Source of the DNA: an uncultured Acidimicrobiales bacterium
GTDB lineage: Bacteria; Actinomycetota; Acidimicrobiia; Acidimicrobiales; SZUA-35
DNA length: 64,000 bases
Direction: 5' to 3'
Assembly (NCBI GenBank): GCA_963698395.1
Contig: CAVOQQ010000001.1
Span: 2,284 to 66,283 of the forward strand
The notes beneath the pieces are model-generated. The model did no database searches. It had not been told where the DNA came from and worked only from the letters and a program-made list of their open reading frames with translations. The position numbers and the translations under genes were made by a program. Below, piece after piece: positions 28,301 to 37,959 of this stretch. How positions within the stretch are numbered: position 1 is the stretch's first letter; every line of letters begins with the position of its first letter.

Positions 28301-29001
28301 CCGTCGGCGACCGGAGTCACGATCTTCAACGCGGACCAGAGCCCAGTCATTCTTGACATTGCCACCGCATGGAGCCCGAGTTCCAGGCATTCGGCGACCG
28401 TTCCCGGGTACAAGATCGGCATGTGGAGATCGACGAGCGAGGCGTCCGACGACGACGGCATCGTCGACGACTTGCACGCCGGATCGTCGCCGACAATCGC
28501 TACCGCACCGCCCCGGCTCGAGGAACCGGCGAACACGCCGTGACGCAACGCATCGCCAGCCCGATCGAGCCCTGGCGCCTTGCCGTACCAGATCCCCACC
28601 ACGCCGTCGTACTTGGCATCTGGTCGGGCAGCAGCGAGCTGCGATCCCATCACGGTCGTCGCGCCGAGCTCTTCATTCACCGCCGGCCGATGGACGATCG
28701 TGAGATCCGGAACGAGGCCGATCATCCGAGCGACCTCCTGATCGAACCCTCCGAGAGGCGACCCCGGGTACCCCGACAGCATCGCAGCCGTGTTCAGCCC
28801 CGCCGCCCGATCCGCACGAAGCTGGTCGATTGGGATCCGCGCAAGCGCCTGGGTTCCCGTCAGCAACACACGTCCACGATCGCTCTGATAGCGATCAGTG
28901 AGGCGATACGAGCCGACGATTTCGTCGGTGCCTCCCTTAACCGGATCGTGAAGATCGGATCTGGCCGGGTCCGCTGTGGCGAATGGTTTGTGATCGATCA
29001 T
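25381..29001 (-). CDS. indolepyruvate:ferredoxin oxidoreductase family protein (fused alpha/beta)
   Basis: ORF 25381..29205. The ATG at 29001 follows GGGGGAACG. 1206 aa. Ferredoxin-type ICEGCGDCGDVSNC is present. Confidence 0.9.
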   Translation of the reverse strand: MIDHKPFATADPARSDLHDPVKGGTDEIVGSYRLTDRYQSDRGRVLLTGTQALARIPIDQLRADRAAGLNTAAMLSGYPGSPLGGFDQEVARMIGLVPDLTIVHRPAVNEELGATTVMGSQLAAARPDAKYDGVVGIWYGKAPGLDRAGDALRHGVFAGSSSRGGAVAIVGDDPACKSSTMPSSSDASLVDLHMPILYPGTVAECLELGLHAVAMSRMTGLWSALKIVTPVADGSATVDLPGLADGLPVMSTIDVDGRPWVRTPSAKFLGAARMLEVEREFREIRLPLAMRYGIDNDLNRITVSPSRAWIGLVATGFTYHEMLEALRRLGLENEAQIKSAGIRLLQLRMPVPFDADLVREFASGLDEIVVVEEKNPTLEWLIKDALYGGSDQPRVVGKTHEDGQVLMRAWGQLDADAIVDGLRARLEPRLVDRLRPAEAQPRKRELIPLTIERTPFFCSGCPHNWGTKVPDGALVGAGTGCHGMTLLMDEERVGETIGITAMGNEGAQWIGMDPFVSENHLFQNYGDGTFFHSGQLALQYCIGAGVNITFKILYNGTVAMTGGQDSTAAVGVPELATILLSQGVARVAVTTEDPERYRRLALPAGVKVHDRDDIVAVQAALRAVPGVTVLIHDQYCAAELRRSRKRNRLDTPPKRIVINHRICEGCGDCGDVSNCLSVQPVHTPLGRKTSIDQASCNLDYSCVKGDCPAFMVVEVPLTPEATSARPTHPSATIPDPICRFDTAETVRIRMAGIGGTGVVTVAQILATAAMLDGWEVRGLDQTGLSQKAGPVVSDVILTRISSGCSNVIGTGQADLIIGFDALVAASDSSLLAAHPTRTGIVVSTSSTPTGRMISHPELDYPQNAIFERLDAASIDGAMSRLDASATAEQLTGSAAHANLLLLGVAFQTGNIPVSAEAIKHAIELNGVAVNANLTAFDGGRCWQHDTLAGQLPIVHDTTSTVDSTMVVTVPELPTKLTSRLALLTTSPDLMPTLQMLAADLLDYQDEGYAQEFLDAVEAAATAEGGLDPTSSRLTEAVARNLHKLMAYKDEYEVARLMLLPEAHVAAADVGGHGAKITWQLHPPMLKALGRSNKMSFGPRTSPLFIALRAGKRVRGTGLDPFGRTKLRRLERDLPREYLDAMERVYHVLDRDSYELGVHIAELPDQVRGYESLKLHRIAEFRQQLGQALDALPSNDETTDVSVTPAT

Positions 29002-29096
29002 CGTTCCCCCTTGAAGTTCTGCCAGTGTCCTTGAGGGCCGTCGCGTTGTACAGTCCTTGCTTTCAGAGCCGAATATTCGAAAGGCAATGAGCACAA

Positions 29097-29573
29097 ATGC
29101 CGAAGATCGACGCAATTGATCGCCGGATCCTCCGTGAACTGCAGTCGGATGCGCGGCGTCCGAACGTGGCTCTCGCCGCCGCAGCTTCGGTGTCGCCATC
29201 CACAATGCTCGGTCGCGTCCGTTCGCTCGAGCAGCAGGGCGTGATCACGGGCTACCACGCCGCCATCGACATGGCGGCGCTCGGCAGGACGGTTGAAGCG
29301 CTCGTCTCGGTTCGCCTCGATCGGAAGACCCCGGGCGCCGTCGAAGAGTTCATCGAGATGATCTGGAGTATGGACGCCACCATCGCCGTGACCTTGCTCA
29401 CTGGACCGTTCGACATTGTCGTACACGTGAGCGCTCGAGACGTCAGGAGTCTCGGCGACATGGTGCTCAGCCAGATCGCCAGCGCTCCGAACGTCGCCGA
29501 TGAGCAGACCGCAATCATCTTTGATCATCGACGCAAACACATCCTCACGCCACTCGACGACGACCACCCGTGA
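29097..29573 (+). CDS. Lrp/AsnC family transcriptional regulator
   Basis: MPKIDAIDRRILRELQSDARRPNVALAAAASVSPSTMLGRVRSLEQQGVITGY. Divergent from the IOR gene. Confidence 0.9.
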   Translation: MPKIDAIDRRILRELQSDARRPNVALAAAASVSPSTMLGRVRSLEQQGVITGYHAAIDMAALGRTVEALVSVRLDRKTPGAVEEFIEMIWSMDATIAVTLLTGPFDIVVHVSARDVRSLGDMVLSQIASAPNVADEQTAIIFDHRRKHILTPLDDDHP

Positions 29574-29864
29574 TCGGTCCTGGCTCGAATGCTGCTGGTA
29601 GCCGCCGCTGGCTCAGACGCTCTCAGGCGGGAGCGACGGTCAATCCCAAGAGTTGAGTTGGCGATAACCCAGATCAAGGTGCGGTCGACCAGTCCATGGC
29701 CAACGGTGCGCACTCATCGCCGAGAGAAGAGCCTTTGCTCGTGGCGGAACTGGTCGTGTCGCGAACGCTTTCGTGCCGACGGCGGCCAGGTGACGCGGCG
29801 AGTGCGCACCTCACCGCTCGCAAACGCGTCGCAACTCGATGAAGAACAGGCCGGTTGCGCCCGG

Positions 29865-31295
29865 CTAGTGACTGTGCTCTCCGCTCTGGTCGTTTCCAGC
29901 AACGCGAGTGAAGATCCGGTTGTTGATTCGCAGGTAGTTGCGTTTGCCGGACGGATCTTCGAGCAACTCACCGAGGGCTCCCTTGTTCGGCCCTTCGGTG
30001 ACGATCATCCACCCTTCGGATGTGCTGGCCACATTGGCGGGGGCAGGGTCCGCTCCCGGCTTTGTCAGTTTGGACGTTTGGGCAAGCTGATACCTGCCGC
30101 CATTCGTGGTGATTTCGTAGTCGTGGAACGTGCCGGTGAAGACGCCGACAAAGGGATCGAGCACTGACGGATCAACGCCGGTTGCGACCGCGGTTTGGCG
30201 TTCGAGCGTGGTGAAGGCGCTGACCGTTGCGTCGGCAATCGCATGGTAGGCCTCGACGCCACGGTCGCTGTTGGTGAAGATGAGGACGGCAAAGTCGTGA
30301 TCCGGGATCAGCTGCAGCCAGGTGCGGTAGCCGATGTAGGTCCCTCCGTGGTGAGGGCTGGTGACCTCGCCGTACTTGCGGACGAACCAGGTCAGTCCGG
30401 TGAACTCGCCGGTCGGGGCGTCGACTGCCGGGGCGTGGGCAAAGGCCAGCGCTTCCTTCGACAGCAACGTGTTCCCGGACGAGTCGTTCCCGTCCAGCTG
30501 AAAGCGGGCGTACTTCAACATGTCGTGAACCGTGGACTGGATTCCGCCGGCAGACCCGGCCGTCGGGGGGAACGGCGTGAAGATCGGCTGGAGTTCGCCG
30601 ATCTTGTCGTCGGTGTAGATCGGTGGATGGCCCCAGGCGAAATGGTCGTCGGGAGGGGAGGCGCTGTAGTTGAAGCAGGACGCATCCATGCCGAGCGGGG
30701 CCAGGATGCGTTCTTCGACGAGGGTTTCGTACGGTTTTCCGCCGACGACCGACAGCACATGGCCGGCGAAGGCGAGATTGGTGTTGTTGTACATCCAGGT
30801 CTGATCGAAGGGCAGGACCTGCTCGAGGTAGTGCGCTTGGAGCATGCACTTCTCGGTGATCGATCCACCGGGGGGAACGGGATCGAAACAGTGGTCACCG
30901 CTCCAACCGGTGTGATGGTGGAACAGGTCGATGACCCGCGCCTTGGAGGTCGCCTCACGGTCCTTGACTCTGAACCACGGCAGGATGTCGATGATGCGAT
31001 CGTTCAGATCCAGGTCGCCCTGTTCGGACAGCTGCATGGCCAGTGTCGCGGTGAAGGTCTTCGTGATGGAGCAGATCGGAAAGGTGGTGTCGGCGGTGAC
31101 GGGCTCCCCCGAATTGGTGTTCGTGACGCCGATGCCGGCGGCATAGGAGTTGGCTCCGTGGATGACACCGAGAGCGAGCCCCGGTACATGCAATCGAGCG
31201 ATCTGATCGGCGGCTTCGCCGACGACGGTATCGAAGGCCGCTTGGCCGTTCTGTTCAGTGCTGTCCTGTTCAGTGATTGGAAACTCCTCAGTCAT
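29865..31295 (-). CDS. serine hydrolase, beta-lactamase/D-aminopeptidase fold
   Basis: 476 aa with the SxxK motif in FPICSITKTFTATLAMQL. Confidence 0.85.
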   Translation of the reverse strand: MTEEFPITEQDSTEQNGQAAFDTVVGEAADQIARLHVPGLALGVIHGANSYAAGIGVTNTNSGEPVTADTTFPICSITKTFTATLAMQLSEQGDLDLNDRIIDILPWFRVKDREATSKARVIDLFHHHTGWSGDHCFDPVPPGGSITEKCMLQAHYLEQVLPFDQTWMYNNTNLAFAGHVLSVVGGKPYETLVEERILAPLGMDASCFNYSASPPDDHFAWGHPPIYTDDKIGELQPIFTPFPPTAGSAGGIQSTVHDMLKYARFQLDGNDSSGNTLLSKEALAFAHAPAVDAPTGEFTGLTWFVRKYGEVTSPHHGGTYIGYRTWLQLIPDHDFAVLIFTNSDRGVEAYHAIADATVSAFTTLERQTAVATGVDPSVLDPFVGVFTGTFHDYEITTNGGRYQLAQTSKLTKPGADPAPANVASTSEGWMIVTEGPNKGALGELLEDPSGKRNYLRINNRIFTRVAGNDQSGEHSH

Positions 31296-31301
31296 GGTCT
31301 G

Positions 31302-32324
31302 TTACCCCCAGCACCGGTCGTACACGCTGACCCAGTTCATGCCCAGAATCTTACGGGTGTCGTCGTCGCTGTAGCCCCGTTCCAGCAGCGCCTTGGTCAA
31401 GTTCGGCAACGACTTCGGGGTCTCGATGCCCATCGGGTATTTGTGTGGCGGCGGCGGGTAGTCGGCTGCGTGCCAATGACCATCGGCGATCAGGCGCTGG
31501 TAGGTCGCCATCGCCTCGGCCTCGGGCACCGTTTGATCCTGCCCGAGGTAGTAGTCGATCCCCAGTCCGACGTGATCGATTCCGGCGACGGCGACGAGAT
31601 GGTCGAGATGGGTGAGGAACTGATCCATCGTCGGCTGGCCCTCGGTGACCACGAAACCGGGGAAGCCATTGATGCCGATGATTCCGCCGGATTCGGCAAT
31701 GGCAGTGATCAGCTCATCCGTGGCGTTCCGCGTGCTCGTGGTCTGGTGAATGGCGTGGGGGTTCGAGTGGGACAAGATCACCGGCGCCGTCGACGCCGCG
31801 ATGGCTTCCATGGATGTTCGATGTCCGGTGTGTGAGCAGTCGACGATCACCCCAGCATCGTTGCAGCGGGCAACGAAGCCCCGGCCGAACGATTTGAGTC
31901 CGTCGTCGTGCTCGACTTCAGCGCCGTAGCCGACGTTGTTCTCGGTGTTGTAGCAGAGCTGCATGATGCCGACCCCGAGCTTCTTGAACGCGTCGACGTG
32001 TCGGAGATCGTCCTCGATGGGCGACGCTCCTTGGAAGTGGAAGACCACACCGGTGACGCCGGCGAGCTTGGCCGCTCGTGCGTCATCTCCCGACTCGACC
32101 AGAACCAGGTCGTCTCGGCTCGAGATCCGCTGCAACCAACGACCCACGGCTTTGAGCGATTGGCCAGCAGCGCCGTGGGCACCGACGGTGCCGACGGTCG
32201 GCGTGACGATGTCGACGCCGCCCTCTTGATACCAATCCAGATAGCGGTGATCGAACAGAAGCGGGCAGACCCCGTCGACGATGAGCGCATCGGCGTGGAG
32301 CTTTTGGTAGTGGTCGTTGCTCAT
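31302..32324 (-). CDS. membrane-dipeptidase family (M19) metallopeptidase
   Basis: 340 aa of family-typical length and layout (ALIVDGVCPL...HFQGASPIED...DCSHTGHRT). Confidence 0.85.
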   Translation of the reverse strand: MSNDHYQKLHADALIVDGVCPLLFDHRYLDWYQEGGVDIVTPTVGTVGAHGAAGQSLKAVGRWLQRISSRDDLVLVESGDDARAAKLAGVTGVVFHFQGASPIEDDLRHVDAFKKLGVGIMQLCYNTENNVGYGAEVEHDDGLKSFGRGFVARCNDAGVIVDCSHTGHRTSMEAIAASTAPVILSHSNPHAIHQTTSTRNATDELITAIAESGGIIGINGFPGFVVTEGQPTMDQFLTHLDHLVAVAGIDHVGLGIDYYLGQDQTVPEAEAMATYQRLIADGHWHAADYPPPPHKYPMGIETPKSLPNLTKALLERGYSDDDTRKILGMNWVSVYDRCWG

Positions 32325-33223
32325 GCGGCTGTCCCGGTGTCAGAGGCGAGCGCTGCGAATTCGGACTCGTTGTCGCCTGCGATGCGGGCGTGCCACATCG
32401 TTCTCGGTTCGGTCATGTCCCACGGCCGGGCGCGATGGAGGAGGCATCGATTGTCCCAGATGACGGCGTCGCCGCTGTGCCATTGGTGCTCGTACACCCG
32501 GGGGCCTTGGCAGGCCTGGTCGACGAGCTCGGCCAGGAGACGCTCGGACTCTTGCTCCGAAAGACCGGGAATGCCGTAGGCGTGACGCCCGATGAGCAGT
32601 GAGGGCGTGCCGGTCACTGGGTGATGTTTCACCAGCGGACGCAACGGGGCGCCGCTGTGCTCGAGGCCGTACCCGACGTAGTCGGAGTCCTCGGAGTGAA
32701 CGTGGCCGTGGGCTCGTTGGCTGTGATGGAGCGAGTGGTGGGCAGACAGGCCGTCGACCATCAATTTCGTGTCGTCATCGAGGGCTGCGTAGGCGGCCCG
32801 CATGTCAGCAAACCCGGTGCCCCCACCTTCGGCCGGTACGATCTCGGCCGAGAAGACCGCCCCTTTCGACTGCAGCGGCATATAGGTGCTGTCCACATGC
32901 CAGTCCATGTTGCCGCGCAGCACCTTCATCACGTCGTCCTCCCCGCGGAGAGCGCCGCTTGGGGTGACGTTGCTCAACGCGACGATTTCTTGGCCGCCGA
33001 GCAACTCGATCGATCCGAACCGTTTGGCCAGAGCGACCTGCTGCTCCCGCGTGAGAAACACCTCGGGCAGGATGAGCAGCGCGTACTCGATCCATGCTGC
33101 GTACAGCTCGTCCCAAATCTCAGGCGAAGCGTTCGGTCCGACGACCGTCTCGACATCGAGGTTCTCGACGACTGCGCCGAATGTCGAGTCGGCGAGCGGT
33201 TTGATCGTGAGTGCACTGGTCAT
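32321..33223 (-). CDS. TauD/TfdA family Fe(II)/2-oxoglutarate dioxygenase
   Basis: ORF 32321..33394. The ATG at 33223 follows GGAGAT. WHVDSTY and ...WDNRCLLHRA motifs are present. Its stop overlaps the dipeptidase start (ATGA). Confidence 0.85.
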   Translation of the reverse strand: MTSALTIKPLADSTFGAVVENLDVETVVGPNASPEIWDELYAAWIEYALLILPEVFLTREQQVALAKRFGSIELLGGQEIVALSNVTPSGALRGEDDVMKVLRGNMDWHVDSTYMPLQSKGAVFSAEIVPAEGGGTGFADMRAAYAALDDDTKLMVDGLSAHHSLHHSQRAHGHVHSEDSDYVGYGLEHSGAPLRPLVKHHPVTGTPSLLIGRHAYGIPGLSEQESERLLAELVDQACQGPRVYEHQWHSGDAVIWDNRCLLHRARPWDMTEPRTMWHARIAGDNESEFAALASDTGTAA

Positions 33224-33354
33224 GGGAGATCTCCATCGCTCGCGGACTGTCTTGAGATCATGGTGCGAAAAAAACAGGACCATCAAATTCGGGCGGCGTG
33301 ATCGCCACATCTTCGTCCCTGATGCGTCGGCCCGAGCCCTGTTAACATCACCGT

Positions 33355-33930
33355 GTGCCGAAAATAGTCCATCATGAGAAGCGCCGAGAGGCAATCGCCG
33401 ACGCCGCCGTTGGCGTCATCGCAGAGCGTGGGTTCAGGGATGCGAAACTGCGGGATATCGCCGATGCTGCTGGCTTCAGCACGGGCGCATGCGGGCACTA
33501 CTTCCGTGACAAGGAGTCGCTGCTCTGCGCGGCAATCGAGCGAGTCTTCGCCCGAATCTTCCTCCAGCTCGAGCCGGTATCGGAGCCGCTGAGTCTCGAA
33601 GACTGTCTCGAGATTCTCCCGTGCACCATGACCAACCAGAACGACTGGAGAGCATGGGTTGCGTACTGTGGCGAGGCCGTCACGTCCCCCACGCTCCAGT
33701 CCATGTACGAGCGGCACTACGAACAACTCGAGACCATCGTGATGGCTCGCCTGAGCGGAAGCGAAGCGGAGCGGCGCATGGTGGCGGGGATCGCTATCGC
33801 TGCGGTTGATGGGATCGGCCTGTACGCCACCGTGCAACCGGATGCTTGGCCGCCCGCCCGGCAGCGAGAAACCCTTCGAGCGCTGCTTTCACAACACGTA
33901 CCGACACGAGCCGATCTGGCGAACCTCTGA
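33355..33930 (+). CDS. TetR family transcriptional regulator
   Basis: MPKIVHHEKRREAIADAAVGVIAERGFRDAKLRDIADAAGFSTGACGHYF. Divergent from the TauD operon. Confidence 0.85.
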   Translation: MPKIVHHEKRREAIADAAVGVIAERGFRDAKLRDIADAAGFSTGACGHYFRDKESLLCAAIERVFARIFLQLEPVSEPLSLEDCLEILPCTMTNQNDWRAWVAYCGEAVTSPTLQSMYERHYEQLETIVMARLSGSEAERRMVAGIAIAAVDGIGLYATVQPDAWPPARQRETLRALLSQHVPTRADLANL

Positions 33931-35096
33931 TTGCGACCCCGCCACCTCACAAAGGTGGCAGCTACTGGATCTTCGTCAAGCTGACAGCAGACAACGAAAT
34001 CTCGGGCTACGGCGCGGTCTACGGCGTGCCATTTGCCCCTCGCGTCGTGCGTCAGATGATCGAGGACGTTGCCGCACGCCATGTGGTTGGCCGGTGTGCC
34101 TGCGATAGCGAAAAGATCTGGAGGGTGATGTATTCATCGGCCTTCAACCAGCGGCCCGACATCAGCGTTGGTGGGGTCATCTCGGGGCTCGAGATGGCAT
34201 GTTGGGACATCGTTGGCAAGACGCTCGAGCAGCCGATCTATGACCTCATGGGAGGCAAGGTGCACGAGCGTTTGCGCTCCTACACCTACCTCTGTCCGGC
34301 GGTGGACCCCGATGGGGTACGAGCCAAGGAGTTCCACGGCGACCCGGCGGCAGCGCCCGACCGGTTGCAGGAGTACATGGACATGGGCTTCACTGCCGTT
34401 GGCTATGACCCGGTCATGCCCATGGGATCATTCGATCCACGCCAGCTCTCCCTCGAAGCACTGCATGAGGCGGAACAGCTGACGAAGAGCCTGCGCGAAG
34501 TGGCCGGCAGTACGTGCGATCTGATGATCAAGACCCACGGTCAAATGACCACGTCCAGCGCGATTCGGCTCGCCAACCAGCTGGCGAAATACGATCCGCT
34601 GTGGTTCGAAGAACCCGTGCAACCCACCAACAGCAAGGAAATGGCACGCGTCGCCAACTCGACCAGCATTCCCATCTCCGGCGGCGAACGACTGGTCAGC
34701 TGCTACGAGTTCTCGCAGGCATTGGAGGCCCAAGCCATCCAAATCCTTCAACCGGCACTCGGCCGAGTCGGCGGCATCTTCGAAGGAAAGAAGATCGCCG
34801 CCATGGCCGAGGCGCACGACGCCCAATTCGCGCCGCATCTCTATGCCGGACCAATCGAGGCCGCCGCGAACATCCAGCTGTCCGCATCGCTCCCGAATTT
34901 CCTCATCCTCGAGAGCATCGAGACGTTCGACGGGTTCTTCAACGACCTCCTCACCACACCGATCCAGTGGGAAGATGGATTTGTCACCGTTCCAGATGCG
35001 CCAGGCCTCGGCGTCGAACTGAACGAGGATGTGGCTGACGCCAATCCGTACACGGCCGAAGCGGTGTTCCCACCGATGGCGGAATTCCCGCTCTGA
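33927..35096 (+). CDS. enolase-superfamily enzyme (mandelate racemase/muconate lactonizing, dehydratase-like); start codon unresolved
   Basis: ORF 33846..35096. Homology-like sequence starts at ...IATPPPHKGGSYWIFVKLTADNEISGYG. No ATG or GTG occurs between the TetR stop (33930) and this point. Only CTG 33927, ATT 33930 or a TTG 85 nt inside tetR are available. Confidence 0.75.
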   Translation: MIATPPPHKGGSYWIFVKLTADNEISGYGAVYGVPFAPRVVRQMIEDVAARHVVGRCACDSEKIWRVMYSSAFNQRPDISVGGVISGLEMACWDIVGKTLEQPIYDLMGGKVHERLRSYTYLCPAVDPDGVRAKEFHGDPAAAPDRLQEYMDMGFTAVGYDPVMPMGSFDPRQLSLEALHEAEQLTKSLREVAGSTCDLMIKTHGQMTTSSAIRLANQLAKYDPLWFEEPVQPTNSKEMARVANSTSIPISGGERLVSCYEFSQALEAQAIQILQPALGRVGGIFEGKKIAAMAEAHDAQFAPHLYAGPIEAAANIQLSASLPNFLILESIETFDGFFNDLLTTPIQWEDGFVTVPDAPGLGVELNEDVADANPYTAEAVFPPMAEFPL

Positions 35097-35125
35097 GACT
35101 GCGGCTCTGAGCTCGCTGCGGGGCT

Positions 35126-36294
35126 CTACCCCGCAGCGAGTGCTCCACTGATCCCAGGACGGTTCGGTGCCAGCTCGGCTTGGGTGAGTCCTGCTGCGAG
35201 AAGGTCGTGTGGTAGTTCGCCGTCGAGCATGAGTCCCGCCGCGGCTCGGGCGAGCCCGGGCGCGGTCTGGATGCCGTAGCCGCCCTGTCCGGCGAGCCAG
35301 AAGAATCCCGGCGCAGCAGTGTCGAATCCGGCGACGAGGCTTCGATCGGCCGCGAAGGTGCGCAGGCCGGCCCATGTCGTGCGAACGTGACGCAGCTCGA
35401 GCGTTGTCCATTGGCCGATCACATCGATGGCGCGGGCAACGTCGATCTCGTCGGGGCGGGCGTCACAGGGCAGCGACAGTGTTTCGTCTGCCGGGGAGAT
35501 GAGGAGCCCGCCCGGCTCCGGTTTGCAGTAGCCGGCCATCCCGCCTTCTTCGGCTTCGAACGCGACGAGCGGCCACGAACCGGCGTCGCTGATCCCCGCG
35601 GGAAGCGATGCAACCGCGACGGTGCGCCGGAGGGGAAGCAGGCCGAGCGGTTGAATGGACGCGAGCTGCGCGATCTGGTCGCACCAGGCTCCGGCTGCGT
35701 TGACGACCAGCGGGGTGGAGATCGTGCCCGATGGTGTGGTCACGGTCCAACCATCGCCTGAGGGAGTGATCTCAGTGACGCGTGCATTCGAGTGGATCTC
35801 GGCCTGTTCCCGGCGCATCCCTCGGACGAACGCCTGGTGGATTGCTGCGACGTCGAGTTCCATGGCGTCGGGTTCGAGGAGCGCACCGCCGACGGCTTCG
35901 GGCCTCAGTACCGGCATGAGGGCGATCGCTTCGGCGGGGCTGATGAATTCGGTGGTGGGAACGAGTGTCTTGTACTCCTCCGCGAGGGAGCGGACGCGGT
36001 CGACGTGTTTCGGCGAGCAGGCGTGCATGAGTGGTCGGTTGTGCCAGAGCGGGCCATCGACCAGCTCGGGTGGCGGGTTCTCGAAAAGGGCCTCCCTGCG
36101 ATCGTCAGACGACGCACCGACTCGTTGCCGTAGGTTTCCAGGTATTGCGCGGCTGAGCGGCCCGTTGAGTGGTGAGCGAGAGCTTGCTCGGCCTCGAGGA
36201 GCTGAACCGACAGACCACGCTGGCACAGTTCATACCCGACAGAGACTCCGGCAATGCCGCCCCCAATGATCACTGCATCCACGGTTTGTGACAT
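35126..36294 (-). pseudogene. FAD-dependent oxidoreductase (DAO/glycine-oxidase family) with one apparent frameshift (~36,095-36,110)
   Basis: MSQTVDAVIIGGGIAGVSVGYEL...YGNESVRRLT lies in ORF 35905..36327 (ATG 36294). The remaining ~330 aa lie in ORF 35126..36226. Confidence 0.8.
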
Positions 36295-36406
36295 GCCAGC
36301 GAGGTTAGCCCGGGACACGTCGACCAACGGTCCGAGGCGCGGCTCGCGCCGCTTTCCGGCGTGTCCGGAATCGAAACCGCACTCGATGGTGAGCTACCGT
36401 CCCCGG

Positions 36407-37903
36407 ATGCGAATAGCGATCGGTGGCATCCTTCACGAAACCAACACCTATGCGGTTGAGTCGTTCGGGATGACCGAACTCGACGCTTTCGATGTGCGCC
36501 GCGGCGATGGTGTTCTGAGCTACGGGGGTACGCGTACGTTCACCGGTGGCATCATCGACGCTGGCCGCGAAGGTGGGCACGATCTGGTGCCGGTGCTGCA
36601 TGCGTTCGCACAACCGTCGGGGACGATCAAGGCCGGGGTTTACCGCAAGTTGGCGGATGAACTCGTCGAGGGGATCCGCGATGCACTCCCGGTCGATGCG
36701 GTGGTGATCGAGACGCACGGGGCCGGGATCGTCGATGGGATCGACGATCTGGAGGCTGACCTCGGGGCGGCGATCAGAGCGGTCATCGGTCCTGAGATTC
36801 CCTTGCTGACCACCCTTGATCTGCACGGAAGCATCACCGAGGAGATGAACGAGGTCTACGACCTGATGCTCGGTGTGTATGACTACCCCCACGTTGACAT
36901 GTATGAACGCGGGGTCGAAGCTGTCGAGGCGGCGGTGCGGATCGTGTCGGGTGAATGGCAGCCGACGACCCACGTCGAGCGACTCCCGCTGCTCTTGCCG
37001 ACGTCGACCACCGATGCCTCTCCGGCGGCGGACTTTCGCCGCCGTTGCCTCGACATCGGAGACGAGCCAGGCATGATCCGGGCCGCGTTCTTCCATGGTT
37101 TCCCTTACACCGACATCCCCCAGGCCGGAGCGTCGATCGTCGTCACATCCAACAACGATCGTGCTCTGGCTCGCCGCCATGCACAGGCGCTGGCAGCCGA
37201 GGTGTGGGATCGGCGCGAAGACTTCCGAAACGAGAGCCTCACGCCGGAGGTGGCGCTTCGACAGGCCATCTCGATTGCTGCGGAACGCGGCGGTCCGGTC
37301 GTGGTCAACGACACCGCCGACAACCCCGGTGGCGGCTCTCCCTGTGATGCGACCCACGTGTTGCGGGCGTTGCTCGAAGCCGAGGTCGAACGGGCATGCT
37401 TCGGTTTCATCTACGACCCCGAGGTCGCGGCGCAAGCCCACGCCGCTGGCCCCGGTTCGGTCATCGACGTGAGGCTCGGCGGCAAGCATGATGAGCTGCA
37501 CGGAGCGCCGCTCGAGCTGTCGGTCTATGTGAAGACGTTGTCCGACGGTCAGTTCGTCCACACGTCGCCGATGCTCGCCGGAATGCGGGCCAGCTACGGC
37601 CCGATGGCGCGGCTCCAGGTCGGCGGCCGAGGCGGGATCGATGTGCTCGTCGGTTCGGCCCGTTCACAGGTCTTTGATCGTGAGGTGTTCGCTCTCCACG
37701 GGATCGATGTCACCACATACGACCTGGTCGTCCTCAAGAGCAGCCAGCACTTCCGGGCGGGTTTCACGGATCTGGCGACCGAGATCCTCACCGCCGACAG
37801 CCCCGGCCTCACCACGTTGCGAGTGGAGAACTTCGAGCACGAACGGGCTGACGGACCACGCTGGCCCCTCGACCCGAACACCACCTGGACCCCCCAGGAC
37901 TGA
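36407..37903 (+). CDS. M81 family metallopeptidase (MlrC/microcystinase-C-like)
   Basis: ORF 36254..37903 with the family-typical N-terminus MRIAIGGILHETNTY at 36407. An alternative ATG lies at 36386. Confidence 0.8.
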   Translation: MRIAIGGILHETNTYAVESFGMTELDAFDVRRGDGVLSYGGTRTFTGGIIDAGREGGHDLVPVLHAFAQPSGTIKAGVYRKLADELVEGIRDALPVDAVVIETHGAGIVDGIDDLEADLGAAIRAVIGPEIPLLTTLDLHGSITEEMNEVYDLMLGVYDYPHVDMYERGVEAVEAAVRIVSGEWQPTTHVERLPLLLPTSTTDASPAADFRRRCLDIGDEPGMIRAAFFHGFPYTDIPQAGASIVVTSNNDRALARRHAQALAAEVWDRREDFRNESLTPEVALRQAISIAAERGGPVVVNDTADNPGGGSPCDATHVLRALLEAEVERACFGFIYDPEVAAQAHAAGPGSVIDVRLGGKHDELHGAPLELSVYVKTLSDGQFVHTSPMLAGMRASYGPMARLQVGGRGGIDVLVGSARSQVFDREVFALHGIDVTTYDLVVLKSSQHFRAGFTDLATEILTADSPGLTTLRVENFEHERADGPRWPLDPNTTWTPQD

Positions 37904-37959
37904 TCCAACTCTGCACCCGGGAGTGCTTCCTGCTTTCGGTGCTCCACGGCAAACGTGTG

